This document shows positions 19,926 through 30,243 of a DNA stretch of 64,000 nucleotides, in pieces; positions within the stretch are counted from its first letter, which is position 1; every line of letters begins with the position of its first letter. The position numbers and the translations under genes were made by a program. Where the stretch lies: the NCBI GenBank assembly GCA_963820825.1, contig CAWGBN010000009.1, forward strand, positions 96,001 to 160,000. The letters are read 5' to 3'. The notes below the pieces were generated by a model that searched no databases, was not told the DNA's origin, and was given only the letters and a program-made list of their open reading frames with translations. The stretch is from Vulcanimicrobiota bacterium. Its GTDB lineage: Bacteria; Vulcanimicrobiota; Vulcanimicrobiia; Vulcanimicrobiales; Vulcanimicrobiaceae.

Positions 19926-22900
19926 ATGAAGAATCGGATGCAATGCGCCACAGCGCTCACGACGATCGCGGGGCTTTCTGCCGCGTTGGTTTGCACCTGG
20001 TCGTACGCACGGGCCGGCGACGAGCTCGGCGCCCTGCGCTATCGCTCGATCGGACCGGCGATCAGCGGCGGGCGCATCACCGCGGTCGCCGGCAGCGACC
20101 AGGACCCCTACTTGTACTACGCAGGCGCCGCGGATGGCGGGATCTTCAAGAGCGTCGACGGCGGCGTCTCATGGCAAGCCGTGTTCGATCGAGCTCCCGT
20201 TGCGGCGATCGGCGCGGTCGCAATCGATCCCGCAAACGCGCAAAACATTTGGGTTGGAACCGGCGAGTCGAATCCGCGGAACACCGTAGAAGGTGGCGAC
20301 GGCATCTGGCACTCCACCGACGGCGGGCGAACGTGGACGCATGCCGGGCTCGACGATACTTTTGCGATATCGAGCATCTCAATCGACCCGAGAAATTCAA
20401 ACGTGCTGCTCGCCGGCGCCCTCGGCACGCCGTTTGCGCCGTCGCCGGATCGCGGCATCTATCGAACCCGCGACGGCGGCAGGCATTGGCGCAAGACGCT
20501 CTATGTCGATGCGAGCGACGGCGTCTCGGATCTCGCGCGCGACCCGGCGAATCCCGCGCATCTGCTCGCCGGCGTCTGGGAGTTTCACCGAACGCCGTGG
20601 AGCGCATCGGCGGGCGGCACCCGCGGCGGAATCTTCGAATCGCGCGACGGCGGACTGACGTGGGAGCGATTGCAGGGTCGCGGATTGCCGTCGGGGCTCA
20701 CCGGACGCATCGGCCTGACCTTCTCCCAAACGAATCCCAAACGTATCTATGCCGCGATCCAATCGAGTGAGGCGGCGATTTGGCGATCCGACGACGGCGC
20801 AAAAACGTGGCACTCGATCGCGAAGAGCGAGTGGGTCGGCTATCGCGGCTACTACTTCAGCAAGATCTTCGTCGACCCGGCCGATCAGAATCGCCTGCTA
20901 AATCTCGAGACGCTCATGGCGCGCTCCGAGAACGGCGGACGCTCGTTCGAGCTCGTCGATCTCGATCAATACGATCAACACGCCCTCTGGTGGTCGCGCG
21001 ACGGCCGGCGCATCGTCGACGGCGCCGATACCGGCGTCGCGCTCTCGGTCAACGGGGGCAAGAGCTGGTTTACGCCGCGCAACTTGCCGGTGTCGCAGGT
21101 CTATCACATCGGCCTGAGTGCGCAGTTTCCGTACATCGTCTGCGTTGGGCTGCAGGACGTCAACTCGTGGTGCGGACCGGGCGTTGCCGCCAATGCGGTC
21201 GGCATCCTCAATCGCGATTGGACGCTCATCGCACCGGGTGACGGAAACTATTCGGTATTCGATCCCGTCGATCCGCAGTACGTTTGGTCGTCGGAGACGG
21301 AACGCTCGGCAGGGCAGATCTATCTGACGGATCTGCGCACGTATCAAAGCGTCGAAGTCTCCCCGTCGCAACGTTTCAGCGAGGGAATGGCCGCGGCCGA
21401 TCTTCCCTACCGCTTCGACTGGATGACGCCGATTGCGTTCACCTATACGAATCCAGTGCGAACGCTCGTCGGCGGCAACGCCGTCTTTGCGACAACGGAC
21501 CGTGGCCGAAGTTGGACGGTGACGAGCCCGGATCTGACGCGCAACGAGAAGTCTCACCAACTCCTATCCGGCGGTCCGATATCGCACGATAATACCGGCG
21601 CGGAATTTAGCGATGCCATCACCAGCATCGCCACTACACCGCTCGATCCTGCGCTGCTTTGGGTCGCCACCGACGATGGCTTGGTTCAAATCTCGCACGA
21701 CTTGGGCGGCCATTGGAGCAACGTCACCCCACGGGGTTTACCTCCCTGGGGACGGATCGACGTTTTGGAGGCCGGACACGCAACGGCGGGCACGGCGTAT
21801 ATCGCGGTCGACCGTCACATGAACGGCGACACCCAACCCTATCTTTTGAAGACGCTCGATTACGGCCGCGATTGGTCGTCGATCGCCGGCGATCTGCCAC
21901 GCAATCTTTACCTGCGTTGCGTTAGAGAGGATCCCACGACGCCGCTGCTCCTCTTTGCCTGCACGCAGCGCGGGGTCTGGGCGAGCTTCGACGGCGGTGC
22001 GCATTGGCGCTCGTTGCGCCTGAACATGCCGGCATCGGCGACCTACGACATCGCAATCTACGAGGGAACCCACGATTTGGTCGTTGGAACGCAAGGGCGC
22101 GGCATGTACGTTCTCGACGACATCAGCGCAATCGAACGCATGGCCGCATCACCGAACCGCGATCTTCAACTCTATCCCCCGCGCATTGCGTATCGCTATT
22201 TCTTGCCCTCGCCCTACACCACCACCGATGCCGGCGACTTCATCGGTCAGAACGCGCCGTACGGCGCGGTAATCAACGTCTATTCGCCGCGCGCGATGCG
22301 CGGCGCGACGCTCGAGATGTACGACTCAAACGAGAATCGGGTGCGCACGATGCACGTCGAGCATTGGAATTACGGCTTCAACCGCATCGTTTGGGATCTG
22401 CGTACGGACGGCCCGGTGCGATGGAAATACACCGCCGAGAACAATGCCGGGCCAACCGAAGGACCGCAAGTTGTTCCAGGCTCCTACACCGTCAAGCTCA
22501 CCGCAGACGGCGCGGTACGGCGGCAGCCGATCGTCATTCGCACCGTCTCCGGCGACGCCCAATCGCAGACGGAATACGAGGCGCGCTATCGTTTTCTGCA
22601 GGGATTATATGCCGATCTTTCGCTCGTAAACGAACGTCTCAACACAATCGACGCCTGCCTGCGTTCCAACTGCGCCGATCGGCAGCAGGAGAGCGCGCTG
22701 CGATCGACCTTAACCGCCGGTTATCGCAGCCAGCTCCAAATGGTGATGATGCAGCCGCGTCTGCGCGAGCGAATCCTCGCGCTCATCGAGCGGCTGGGCA
22801 CCTCCGAAGCCCCGCCGACGCAAGCACAGGTGGACGAAGCGGCCCTTTTGCATCAGTCGCTTCAACGCGCGCTGCCCGCCGCGGCACAGCTTCAGATCAT

Positions 22901-22955
22901 GCGAGCCGTCACGCTGGTCGAGCCCAGCAGCAGTGAGCCGAAAGCTGGCGAGTAG
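19926..22955 (+). CDS. Secreted VPS10/sortilin-like BNR-repeat beta-propeller protein
   Basis: RSIGPAISGGR, WVGTGE and many Asp-box SxDGGxTW repeats; start placed at ATG 19926. Confidence 0.9.
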   Translation: MKNRMQCATALTTIAGLSAALVCTWSYARAGDELGALRYRSIGPAISGGRITAVAGSDQDPYLYYAGAADGGIFKSVDGGVSWQAVFDRAPVAAIGAVAIDPANAQNIWVGTGESNPRNTVEGGDGIWHSTDGGRTWTHAGLDDTFAISSISIDPRNSNVLLAGALGTPFAPSPDRGIYRTRDGGRHWRKTLYVDASDGVSDLARDPANPAHLLAGVWEFHRTPWSASAGGTRGGIFESRDGGLTWERLQGRGLPSGLTGRIGLTFSQTNPKRIYAAIQSSEAAIWRSDDGAKTWHSIAKSEWVGYRGYYFSKIFVDPADQNRLLNLETLMARSENGGRSFELVDLDQYDQHALWWSRDGRRIVDGADTGVALSVNGGKSWFTPRNLPVSQVYHIGLSAQFPYIVCVGLQDVNSWCGPGVAANAVGILNRDWTLIAPGDGNYSVFDPVDPQYVWSSETERSAGQIYLTDLRTYQSVEVSPSQRFSEGMAAADLPYRFDWMTPIAFTYTNPVRTLVGGNAVFATTDRGRSWTVTSPDLTRNEKSHQLLSGGPISHDNTGAEFSDAITSIATTPLDPALLWVATDDGLVQISHDLGGHWSNVTPRGLPPWGRIDVLEAGHATAGTAYIAVDRHMNGDTQPYLLKTLDYGRDWSSIAGDLPRNLYLRCVREDPTTPLLLFACTQRGVWASFDGGAHWRSLRLNMPASATYDIAIYEGTHDLVVGTQGRGMYVLDDISAIERMAASPNRDLQLYPPRIAYRYFLPSPYTTTDAGDFIGQNAPYGAVINVYSPRAMRGATLEMYDSNENRVRTMHVEHWNYGFNRIVWDLRTDGPVRWKYTAENNAGPTEGPQVVPGSYTVKLTADGAVRRQPIVIRTVSGDAQSQTEYEARYRFLQGLYADLSLVNERLNTIDACLRSNCADRQQESALRSTLTAGYRSQLQMVMMQPRLRERILALIERLGTSEAPPTQAQVDEAALLHQSLQRALPAAAQLQIMRAVTLVEPSSSEPKAGE

Positions 22956-23015
22956 CACCTAGAGCTGCGGGTAAAGCTTAAGCCGGACCGAACCGTTTAC
23001 GATGTTCGGAAAGGG

Positions 23016-23924
23016 GTGACGGGGATGATTACTATGTGCCGCGCTTTTGGAGTCTGCGCGATTATTTCTATGCTTGCTGGATGCGCAGGGTCGCAGACGA
23101 GTGGAACGACAACGGGTGCCCTTCCGGCAACGGGTCTATCGCAACGCTCGATGACGCCAATGATACATCAGACGGTTTTTAGCTACACAGGTGGAGAGCA
23201 AACCTTCGAAGTCCCCTCTGGCGTAAAGTCTATCACCGTTGATGCTATAGGCGCTGCCGGAGCGGGTAACAGAAGGCTTGGTGCGCCGCCTGTGCGTGGC
23301 GGCCGTACCGAAGCCAAGGTACCCGTCACGCCTGGTGAGACGTTGTACGTTTTCGTCGGAGGCCGATGGTCCGCGGGTGGCTTCAACGGCGGTGGAAACG
23401 GCGGCTGCGGTGGATCCGGCGGTCGCTACGCGGGCGGTGGTGCGTCGGACGTGCGAGAGGGTGGCGATGGCCTGAGTAACCGCGTTGTCGTCGCTGGAGG
23501 TGCCGGTGGTGGCGGGGAGACCAAAGGGCACGGCGGTTTTGGCGGCGGCGAGGTCGGCGGATTGGGGCACGATGGCGGCAAGCGTCTCCTGCGCGGCGGC
23601 CAGGGCGGCGACGGGGGCACTCAAAGCCAGGGCGGAGCGAGCGGTGCTGGTGGTGCGCATTCTGGCAATCCCGGTAGCCCAGGAACACTAGGCGCGGGAG
23701 GTTCCGGAGGCCAGGGCGACAGCGACACCCATTGCGGTGGCGGTGGTGGCGGAGGCTACTACGGCGGCGGCGGCGGCGGAAGCGGATCGCGAGGCGGGGG
23801 CTCCGGTGGCGGTGGCGGCGGCGGGTCGTCATATGCCGAACCAAATGCCATTGGCCACGTGCAGATGTGGCAAGGTTGGCAAGATGCGACGAGCAACGGG
23901 GCGGTTACTCTCAGTTGGAAATAG
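23016..23924 (+). CDS. Glycine-rich lipoprotein (ALK/LTK-like Gly-rich domain)
   Basis: Lipobox LAGC, FSYTGGEQTFEVP, GETLYVFVGG, GGGASDVR, GGGGGYYGGG; codon usage is more AT-rich than the neighbours. Confidence 0.82.
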   Translation: MTGMITMCRAFGVCAIISMLAGCAGSQTSGTTTGALPATGLSQRSMTPMIHQTVFSYTGGEQTFEVPSGVKSITVDAIGAAGAGNRRLGAPPVRGGRTEAKVPVTPGETLYVFVGGRWSAGGFNGGGNGGCGGSGGRYAGGGASDVREGGDGLSNRVVVAGGAGGGGETKGHGGFGGGEVGGLGHDGGKRLLRGGQGGDGGTQSQGGASGAGGAHSGNPGSPGTLGAGGSGGQGDSDTHCGGGGGGGYYGGGGGGSGSRGGGSGGGGGGGSSYAEPNAIGHVQMWQGWQDATSNGAVTLSWK

Positions 23925-24052
23925 TCAGAGCACTGTAGCTATCCGGCGCTATTTTCGCTGTCTGCACGGAACAGAAGTTTAAAAGACAAAGCCGACCGGA
24001 CGACCGGAAAGCGGGAAAAGGTGAGCCTACCTACAATCTTAGGCACACCTAA

Positions 24053-25168
24053 ATGAAGCCATGGTTTCGATTCGCGTGCGCGCCGGCCTTCGGGGCGCTC
24101 GCGCTCGTCCTTCTTCTGCCGACGGTTGCTCTGGCGGACGCAGATGAGGTTGCCTCGCCGAACTCAACGACCCTCGGTCTGCAGCCGATCCGCGGGCCGA
24201 TTCCGCAAGCGACGGCCGCTCCAGGCGAGTCGAGCGTCTTCCGCCGAGCCGATGGAGCCTACCAAGCGATTCCCACCGTGCAAGGGCGGACGAAGACGTT
24301 CCACATCGTCGAGCGCGCCGCGCCGTGGACGCTCGCAGCCCGGGCTGACCGTGATGGCCAACACGTATAACGGCGTCGTTCCCGGTCCGGCGATGGTCGT
24401 GCAAGCAAGGCGACACCGTCGTCATCGACTACACGAACGACGACGCGACCCCCGACTCGATTCACCTGCACGGCGTTCACGACATCCCGGTCTCGATGGA
24501 CGGCGTCGGCGGCATCTCGCAGCGACTCGTTCCGACCGGCGGCACACTTCGTCTATCGTTTCATCGCCGACCAGCCCGGCACGTTTATCTATCACTCGCA
24601 CGACGACGAGGCGATGGTCGACTCCGGACTCTACGGCGCGATCATCGTCGAGCCGTCGCAATCCGCGGCCGGTCGAACGCGGCTTGGCGCACGACTTTCT
24701 CGAGATGATCTCGTCGTGGCAGATCCAGAGCGCGGCCGAGAACCACTTCACGCTCAACGGCAAGGAGTATCCGGCGACGCGCGCGCTCGACGTCCGCCGC
24801 GGCGAGCGCTTTCGCATTCGCTGGATCAACATCTCGGGCGAAGAGTTTCACACGATGCACACGCACGGGCACTATCAGCAGATCGTCGCCCGCGACGCCG
24901 CGCCGGTCGATTATCACGACGTCCAGGATACGGTGCTGGTCGCGCCGGGACAGCGCGTCGACGTCGTCGTCGACGCCAACGCGCAGCCCGGAACGTGGCT
25001 GATGCATTGCCACGTGCTCGATCACATCGAAGACGCACGCGGCATGCCCGAGCGGTCTCATCACCGCGATTCATTACGTCGGAACGCCGAATACCCTCAC
25101 CGTCGATGTATCGCGCGATGATGCCCGCCGCATCTCCGACCCGCGCGCGCGTTGAGCTTCTGGGCTGA
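24053..25168 (+). CDS. Two-domain multicopper oxidase (multiply frameshifted in this sequence)
   Basis: Reconstructed across frames: TYNGVVPGP, SIHLHG, DGVGGISQ, YHSH, HTMHTHGH, WLMHCHVLDH. Confidence 0.85.
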
Positions 25169-25940
25169 CGGTACTGCTCGGCGCGATCGCGGGCTTCACG
25201 ATCTTTCTCGGATTGCCGATCGCGCGCGCGCGGCGGCTCTCGCCGCAGACCGTCGCGCTGCTCAACGCGCTCGCAATCGGGATTCTTGCTCTATCTCGTC
25301 GTCGAGATCGCGCAGAACGCGATCCTCCCGATCTCGCAAGGGCGTCAACGCCTGGCACGCCGGTGCGGGCGGCGTTTCCCGATTGCGGAGGTGCTCGTTT
25401 TTGTCGCCGGTCTTGCTGATCGGCTTGGTCGGCCTCGGCAGCGCGGCGACCCATCTCACGCGCCGGGCCGCTTCGCACGCCGAGAATCCGATCGTGCTCG
25501 CGGCGATCATCGCGATTGGGATCGGCGCGCACAACTTCGGCGAGGGACTTGGCGATCGGCGCGTCGGCCGCCTCGGGCGCGACCGCCGTCGCGATCGCGC
25601 TGATCGTCGGCTTCGGCCTGCACAACGCCACCGAAGGCTTCGGCGTGGCTGCCCCGCTGGTCGGACGCGTCGTTCCGACGTGGGCGCAGATCGGTCTCGC
25701 CGGACTGATCGCCGGCGGGCCCGACCTTCATCGGAACGATCCTTGGCTACAGCTTCTACTCGCCGATGCTCTCGGTGCTTCTTCCTCGCGATCGCCGTCG
25801 GCGCGCTGGTTTTCGTGATCGGCGAGTTGTGGAGCGTGCTGCGCCGAACCGGCTTAACCGGATTCGTCACGGCAACGATGTGCCTCGGCTTTCTGATCGC
25901 GCTGGCAACGGAGCTTTTTCTCGATATCAACGGAGGATAA
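25152..25940 (+). CDS. ZIP (ZupT/GufA)-family metal transporter (frameshifted; possibly fused to the oxidase)
   Basis: LLGAIAGFTIFLGLP, IGIGAHNFGEGL and GFGLHNATEGFG TM4/TM5 motifs, read across frames. Confidence 0.85.
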   Translation: MSFWADGTARRDRGLHDLSRIADRARAAALAADRRAAQRARNRDSCSISSSRSRRTRSSRSRKGVNAWHAGAGGVSRLRRCSFLSPVLLIGLVGLGSAATHLTRRAASHAENPIVLAAIIAIGIGAHNFGEGLGDRRVGRLGRDRRRDRADRRLRPAQRHRRLRRGCPAGRTRRSDVGADRSRRTDRRRARPSSERSLATASTRRCSRCFFLAIAVGALVFVIGELWSVLRRTGLTGFVTATMCLGFLIALATELFLDINGG

Positions 25941-25944
25941 CGCT

Positions 25945-26245
25945 ATGACGTTCGAGGAGTTCTATCCCGAGTATCTCGCGGCGCATCGCGATCGCCGCAC
26001 CAAGATCGTCCACACCGCGGGCTTATCGAGCGGCTTGGCGGTCGGCGCTGCCGGGTTTGCGCTGCGCCGGCCGGCATTGGTAGCTCGGCGGTTTAGCTCT
26101 GGGCTACTTTCCGGCGTTCGTCTCGCATTGGGTCTTCGAGAAGAATCAACCGAAGACGCTCGAACACCCGGCGCTCTCGTTTTGCGGCGACTTCGTCATG
26201 GTCTATCAGTTCCTGACCGGGACGCTCCGCGAAGCGGAGGAGTAA
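25945..26245 (+). CDS. DUF962/Mpo1-like membrane protein (frameshifted)
   Basis: TFEEFYPEYLAAH, then in a shifted frame GYFPAFVSHWVFEKNQPKT...DFVM; stop at 26245; GGAGG RBS. Confidence 0.8.
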
Positions 26246-26248
26246 CAG

Positions 26249-27001
26249 TTGCTTCTCGCAGCGATTCTCGTTGCGCAAGCCGTCTCGCCGTCACCGGCCC
26301 CCTACGCGACGTGGAACGCGATCACGCTGGGCGCGCCGGCCTCGACGCTGCGGCCGGGCGTTGGCGATCCGTTGCGAATCACGCTCTTCGATAATGGCGC
26401 AAGCCGTTTCGCGCGCTATTGGCTTCCCGGTTCGGACTCGACCTACCTGATCGTGATCGAAGTGCGCGGTTATATCAAAGTGATCGACATCTTCACCGAC
26501 GCGGCGCCGACCGCCGTGTTCGAGAACGTGCCGCCCGATCAACTCGGCGTCCGCTTAGGAGATACGTTCGAAGCCGCACAGCAACAGGCGGCGCAGCTCC
26601 ACCGCGACACCGACGAAGGCGGCGCGCCGATTCTGATCGGGCGCCTGACGCCGGCTATCGGTGCGGCCTATTCGTTTCAGGGTAATCGCGTGCAGAGCAT
26701 CCATTGGACGACGGCTCTTCCGGCCGCTGCGCCCGATCTACCGCCGCTAACGCTGGCCGCCGGCGACGCGATCTCGTCGGCAATCTTCGTCGTGCAGAAG
26801 AACGAAATGGACGGCGTTGCCTGGGAGTACCGCTTCTTGTCGTTTCATCCGTGCGCCGACGGGGCGTTTTGGAAACTGAAATCGCAGTCGCTTCTGCATG
26901 ATGGGGGACGCGCATACGACCGACTTCACGTTTTTTGTCCGCCGACGAAAGCCGAGCGCGACTTCTACTTCGATATAACGAGCTACTTCGGGAAGCTCTA
27001 A
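26249..27001 (+). CDS. Secreted hypothetical protein
   Basis: Signal-like start, SPSPAP linker, C-terminal GVAWEY...YDRL...YFDITSYFGK domain. Confidence 0.72.
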   Translation: MLLAAILVAQAVSPSPAPYATWNAITLGAPASTLRPGVGDPLRITLFDNGASRFARYWLPGSDSTYLIVIEVRGYIKVIDIFTDAAPTAVFENVPPDQLGVRLGDTFEAAQQQAAQLHRDTDEGGAPILIGRLTPAIGAAYSFQGNRVQSIHWTTALPAAAPDLPPLTLAAGDAISSAIFVVQKNEMDGVAWEYRFLSFHPCADGAFWKLKSQSLLHDGGRAYDRLHVFCPPTKAERDFYFDITSYFGKL

Positions 27002-27002
27002 G

Positions 27003-27386
27003 CTACGACAGAATTACGAAGCGGCCGCCGTTGGTGAAGAGGATCACGAGCAACATCGAGGTCAGCGTGAGCTCGTAGTACCAGCCGAGTCCGTCGCTGC
27101 CCCAGAAGCCCGTTCTCCAGACGAAGATCTTCTTCTGCAGCGCTCCGAGCATGATCGCGATGAGTCCGATCGCTGCGAGCTGCTGCAGGATGCCGAGGAT
27201 GATGCCAGCGCCTCCCGCGACCTCGGCAACGGCCAGGAAGATCGTGAAGCTCTTGGGCATCCCGATGCTCTTGCTGCGCGCGTCGGGATTCTTCAAGTCG
27301 CTGTAGCCGCTGCCGATAAAGATCAGCCCGGCCATGATTCGCAGCAAGAGCAGGCTGTAATCCGTGAACGCCTCGAGATGAAACAC
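27003..27386 (-). CDS. DoxX-family membrane protein
   Basis: GGAGGAGG RBS before GTG 27386; LLLRIMAGLIF, AEVAGG, four hydrophobic segments. Confidence 0.85.
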   Translation of the reverse strand: MFHLEAFTDYSLLLLRIMAGLIFIGSGYSDLKNPDARSKSIGMPKSFTIFLAVAEVAGGAGIILGILQQLAAIGLIAIMLGALQKKIFVWRTGFWGSDGLGWYYELTLTSMLLVILFTNGGRFVILS

Positions 27387-27499
27387 CGCGTACCTCCTCC
27401 CGACTCGTGGTTTGCCTTGCGGGTTGAGCAGCCTTCTGACGCCGCGAGCACCTCGGCCGGAAAGGGAAGCCCGCCACGCCGCGCTTAACGTCGGGGACC

Positions 27500-27943
27500 A
27501 TGAGGACGCCCGGCGGCACAGCAGCCCTCGCATCGCTCCTACTCGGCTTCGTGCTTGTGTGCACAGCCTCGGCAGCGGCGCAGGAGATGTCGTCACTTTC
27601 CTACTTCATCGGAACGTGGAGCTGTCAACGCATTTTCCCAAGTACCGGAAAGACCATCGCATCGACGATCCGCTTCGGCGATGACGGCACATCCGTCATT
27701 ACGCACCACGACGACATCCCGCCGAACGCCTACCACGCGATCGAGCTATGGGGATATAGTGCGACCGATCGTCAATTCAACGCGGTGATTCAGGATAGTT
27801 TCGGTCGCATTCGAGATTTTAGCTCCCCGGGCTGGGCCGGTGACGCGCTCGCCTGGACGAGTGCGGCCCAGGTGAGCCCGCAGCTCAAGAACGGCGGCTA
27901 TGTTGTCGGAGATTCGCTGCCGAGCGTGCGCCCGCCGACGTGA
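27500..27943 (+). CDS. Secreted hypothetical protein (C-terminus may be truncated)
   Basis: Signal peptide, LSYFIGTWSC start; overlaps the next start by 4 bp. Confidence 0.6.
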   Translation: MRTPGGTAALASLLLGFVLVCTASAAAQEMSSLSYFIGTWSCQRIFPSTGKTIASTIRFGDDGTSVITHHDDIPPNAYHAIELWGYSATDRQFNAVIQDSFGRIRDFSSPGWAGDALAWTSAAQVSPQLKNGGYVVGDSLPSVRPPT

Positions 27944-29151
27944 ATCGTAGCCGGTATCTACTTTTCGGCGTTGCGCTGCTGGGCGCCGGCGCTGCCTCAA
28001 ACCAAACCGCAGCGCTCAAGCCGATCGATCAGGGTGCACTGCAAGCGATGGTTAGTGCGACGGCACGGGAACTCTTGATTCCCGGCGCCGTGGTGCTTCT
28101 GCGCACGCCCCAAGGCGAGTTCACGGCCGCCTACGGTACCACGCAAATCGGCACGACGAACCCGCCGACCGCCGGCACCTACTTCCGCATCGCTTCGAAC
28201 ACCAAGACGATGACGGCTGCAGCGATCGTCCAGCTAGCCCAGGAAGGACGGCTCACGTTCGACGACGCGGTTTCGAAGTATATCGCGGGCGTGCCCAACG
28301 GCGACAAAATCACGATCGCCGAACTGCTCGACATGCGCAGCGGTCTATACAACTACACCGATGCGCCGGAGTTCGCAGCCAGCATCGACCGCGGTATGAC
28401 CAAAATTTGGACTCCAGCGGAGTTGTTGGCCATGGCGTTTGCGCGACCACCAAACTTCGCACCCGGCACGAAGTACGAATACTGCAATACCAACTACGTA
28501 TTGCTCGGGCTCATCATTGAGAAAGTCGGCGGCAAGCCGTTGGCCGAGGCATTGCGGGACCGATTGTTCGAGCCGCTCGGTATGCAGCACACGGCATTGC
28601 CGCCAAGCAGCGTGAACGCAATGCCCGAACCATACTCCCACGGATACCTGTACGGCAGCTCTTCAGTCGCCCTGATGGGGACGCCGCCGTATTCGCCCAG
28701 CCTGCAGGCCGCGGCTCGCGCGGGCACCCTTCTGCCCAACGACTTCACTGCTCTGAACCATTCCTTCGCCGCTGCGGCCGGAGGCGTCGTCTCCAACGCC
28801 GACGATCTCGCAATCTGGATTCACGCCTTGGTCTCCGGCCGCGTGTTCGAGCCGGAGTATCAGCAGCGTTGGCTCGATAGCCTGCGACCCGTGGACCCGG
28901 CCAAACCGGAGGGCCAACAGTACGGGTACGGCATTAGCCAGATGCGCTGGGGAACCAACGCCATGTACTTTCACGGCGGCGAGACTCCGGGTTACAATTC
29001 TTTTATCGGCTACGATCCCACCAATAAGGTGACGTTAATCGTATGGACCAATTTGACCGTGTCGCTCGACGATCTCCCGACCGCCAACACCCTTATGTTG
29101 AAAGTGCTCGATCAAATCTACGTCGCGTCACCGCTAGCGCCTGGACCGTAA
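27940..29151 (+). CDS. Serine hydrolase, beta-lactamase/D-Ala-D-Ala carboxypeptidase family
   Basis: FRIASNTK (SxxK), YEYCNTNY (YxN), HGGETPGY. Confidence 0.92.
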   Translation: MNRSRYLLFGVALLGAGAASNQTAALKPIDQGALQAMVSATARELLIPGAVVLLRTPQGEFTAAYGTTQIGTTNPPTAGTYFRIASNTKTMTAAAIVQLAQEGRLTFDDAVSKYIAGVPNGDKITIAELLDMRSGLYNYTDAPEFAASIDRGMTKIWTPAELLAMAFARPPNFAPGTKYEYCNTNYVLLGLIIEKVGGKPLAEALRDRLFEPLGMQHTALPPSSVNAMPEPYSHGYLYGSSSVALMGTPPYSPSLQAAARAGTLLPNDFTALNHSFAAAAGGVVSNADDLAIWIHALVSGRVFEPEYQQRWLDSLRPVDPAKPEGQQYGYGISQMRWGTNAMYFHGGETPGYNSFIGYDPTNKVTLIVWTNLTVSLDDLPTANTLMLKVLDQIYVASPLAPGP

Positions 29152-29158
29152 AATAAAG

Positions 29159-30201
29159 ATGGGAGAGCTCATGCGGTCAGTGACTCGTCGACAAGCAATG
29201 CTCGCAATCTCCAGTGTAGCGGCGTCAAGCATGCTGCGTCCGATCGTTGGACGCGCCGAGACCGACCCTTTGCCCTCCTGGAGCCGTGGGCCGGCGAAAC
29301 AAGCCGTTCTCGATTTCGTGCGCGTCACTATTGATTCGTCAAGTTCAAAGTATGTCGCACCGAAAGAGCGTCTCGCAGCCTTCGATCAGGATGGAACGAC
29401 GTGGGTGGAGCATCCTTTCTACACGGAGCTGGTATTCGCATTGGACCGCGTCGTGGAGCTAGCCCCCCAGCACCCATCCTGGAATACGACGGAACCGTTT
29501 CAGTCCGTTCTCGCCGGCAACAAGGCGGCGATGGCAAGCTCCACGACGAAGGACCTCGAAGCCATCGTCGCCGTCACCCACTCGGGGATGCCCGTCGGCG
29601 CGTTCCAACAGCTGCCAGAACCTGGATCGCGAAGGCGAGGAACCGGCGCTGGAATCGGCCCTACACCGACTTGGTCTATCAACCGATGCTGGAAGTGATG
29701 CGCTACCTGCGCGCCAATGGATACCACACGTACATTGTAACCGGTGGTGGCCAAGACTTCGTGCGTGTATATTCCGAGCGAGTGTACGGCGTACCGCCCG
29801 AACAGGTCATCGGCTCCGCCGGGGATACTCGATTCGAGTACGGCGAAAGCGGCAAAGCGGCCCTGATTAAGGCGCCAAAGCTGTTGCTCAACAATAATAT
29901 GTCGGGTAAGCCGGAAGACATCTATCTGTTCACGGGCCTTCAGCCGCGGGCCGCATTCGGAAACAGCACCGGCGATCAGCAGATGCTCGAATACACGGGC
30001 CGTGGCGATGGGACGCGTTTGATGATGCTGGTGCTACACGACGATGCAGAACGCGAGAATGCATATGGACCGGCCGAGGGTCTGCCCAGCACGAAGGTAG
30101 GCACCTTTACTCAAGCGCTATACGACGAAGCAAAGGCCAAGGGCTGGTTCGTGATCAGTATGAAAAGGGACTGGAAACGTATCTTCGCTTTCGAGGCTTA
30201 A
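29159..30201 (+). CDS. Tat-exported HAD-family phosphatase (frameshift near 29615)
   Basis: TRRQAML Tat signal and FDQDGT in frame 1; VYQPMLE, IVTGGG, FGNSTGD and HDDAERE in frame 2. Confidence 0.88.
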
Positions 30202-30243
30202 CCACCACCAAACCCCCACTCTTAGAACGGACGGTGAAACGTC

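Noticed and set aside
22950..24020. Possible terminal repeats flanking the glycine-rich gene
   Set aside because: Only weak similarity (agcac...agct, aagccg...accg); not enough to call element ends.
24330..25800. Programmed frameshifting or phase variation
   Set aside because: The shifts are numerous and not at slippery or homopolymer tracts; sequencing error is the simpler explanation.
27940..29151. Beta-lactam resistance gene
   Set aside because: SxxK/YxN/HGG motifs are shared by many peptidases and esterases; nothing specifically indicates a beta-lactamase.
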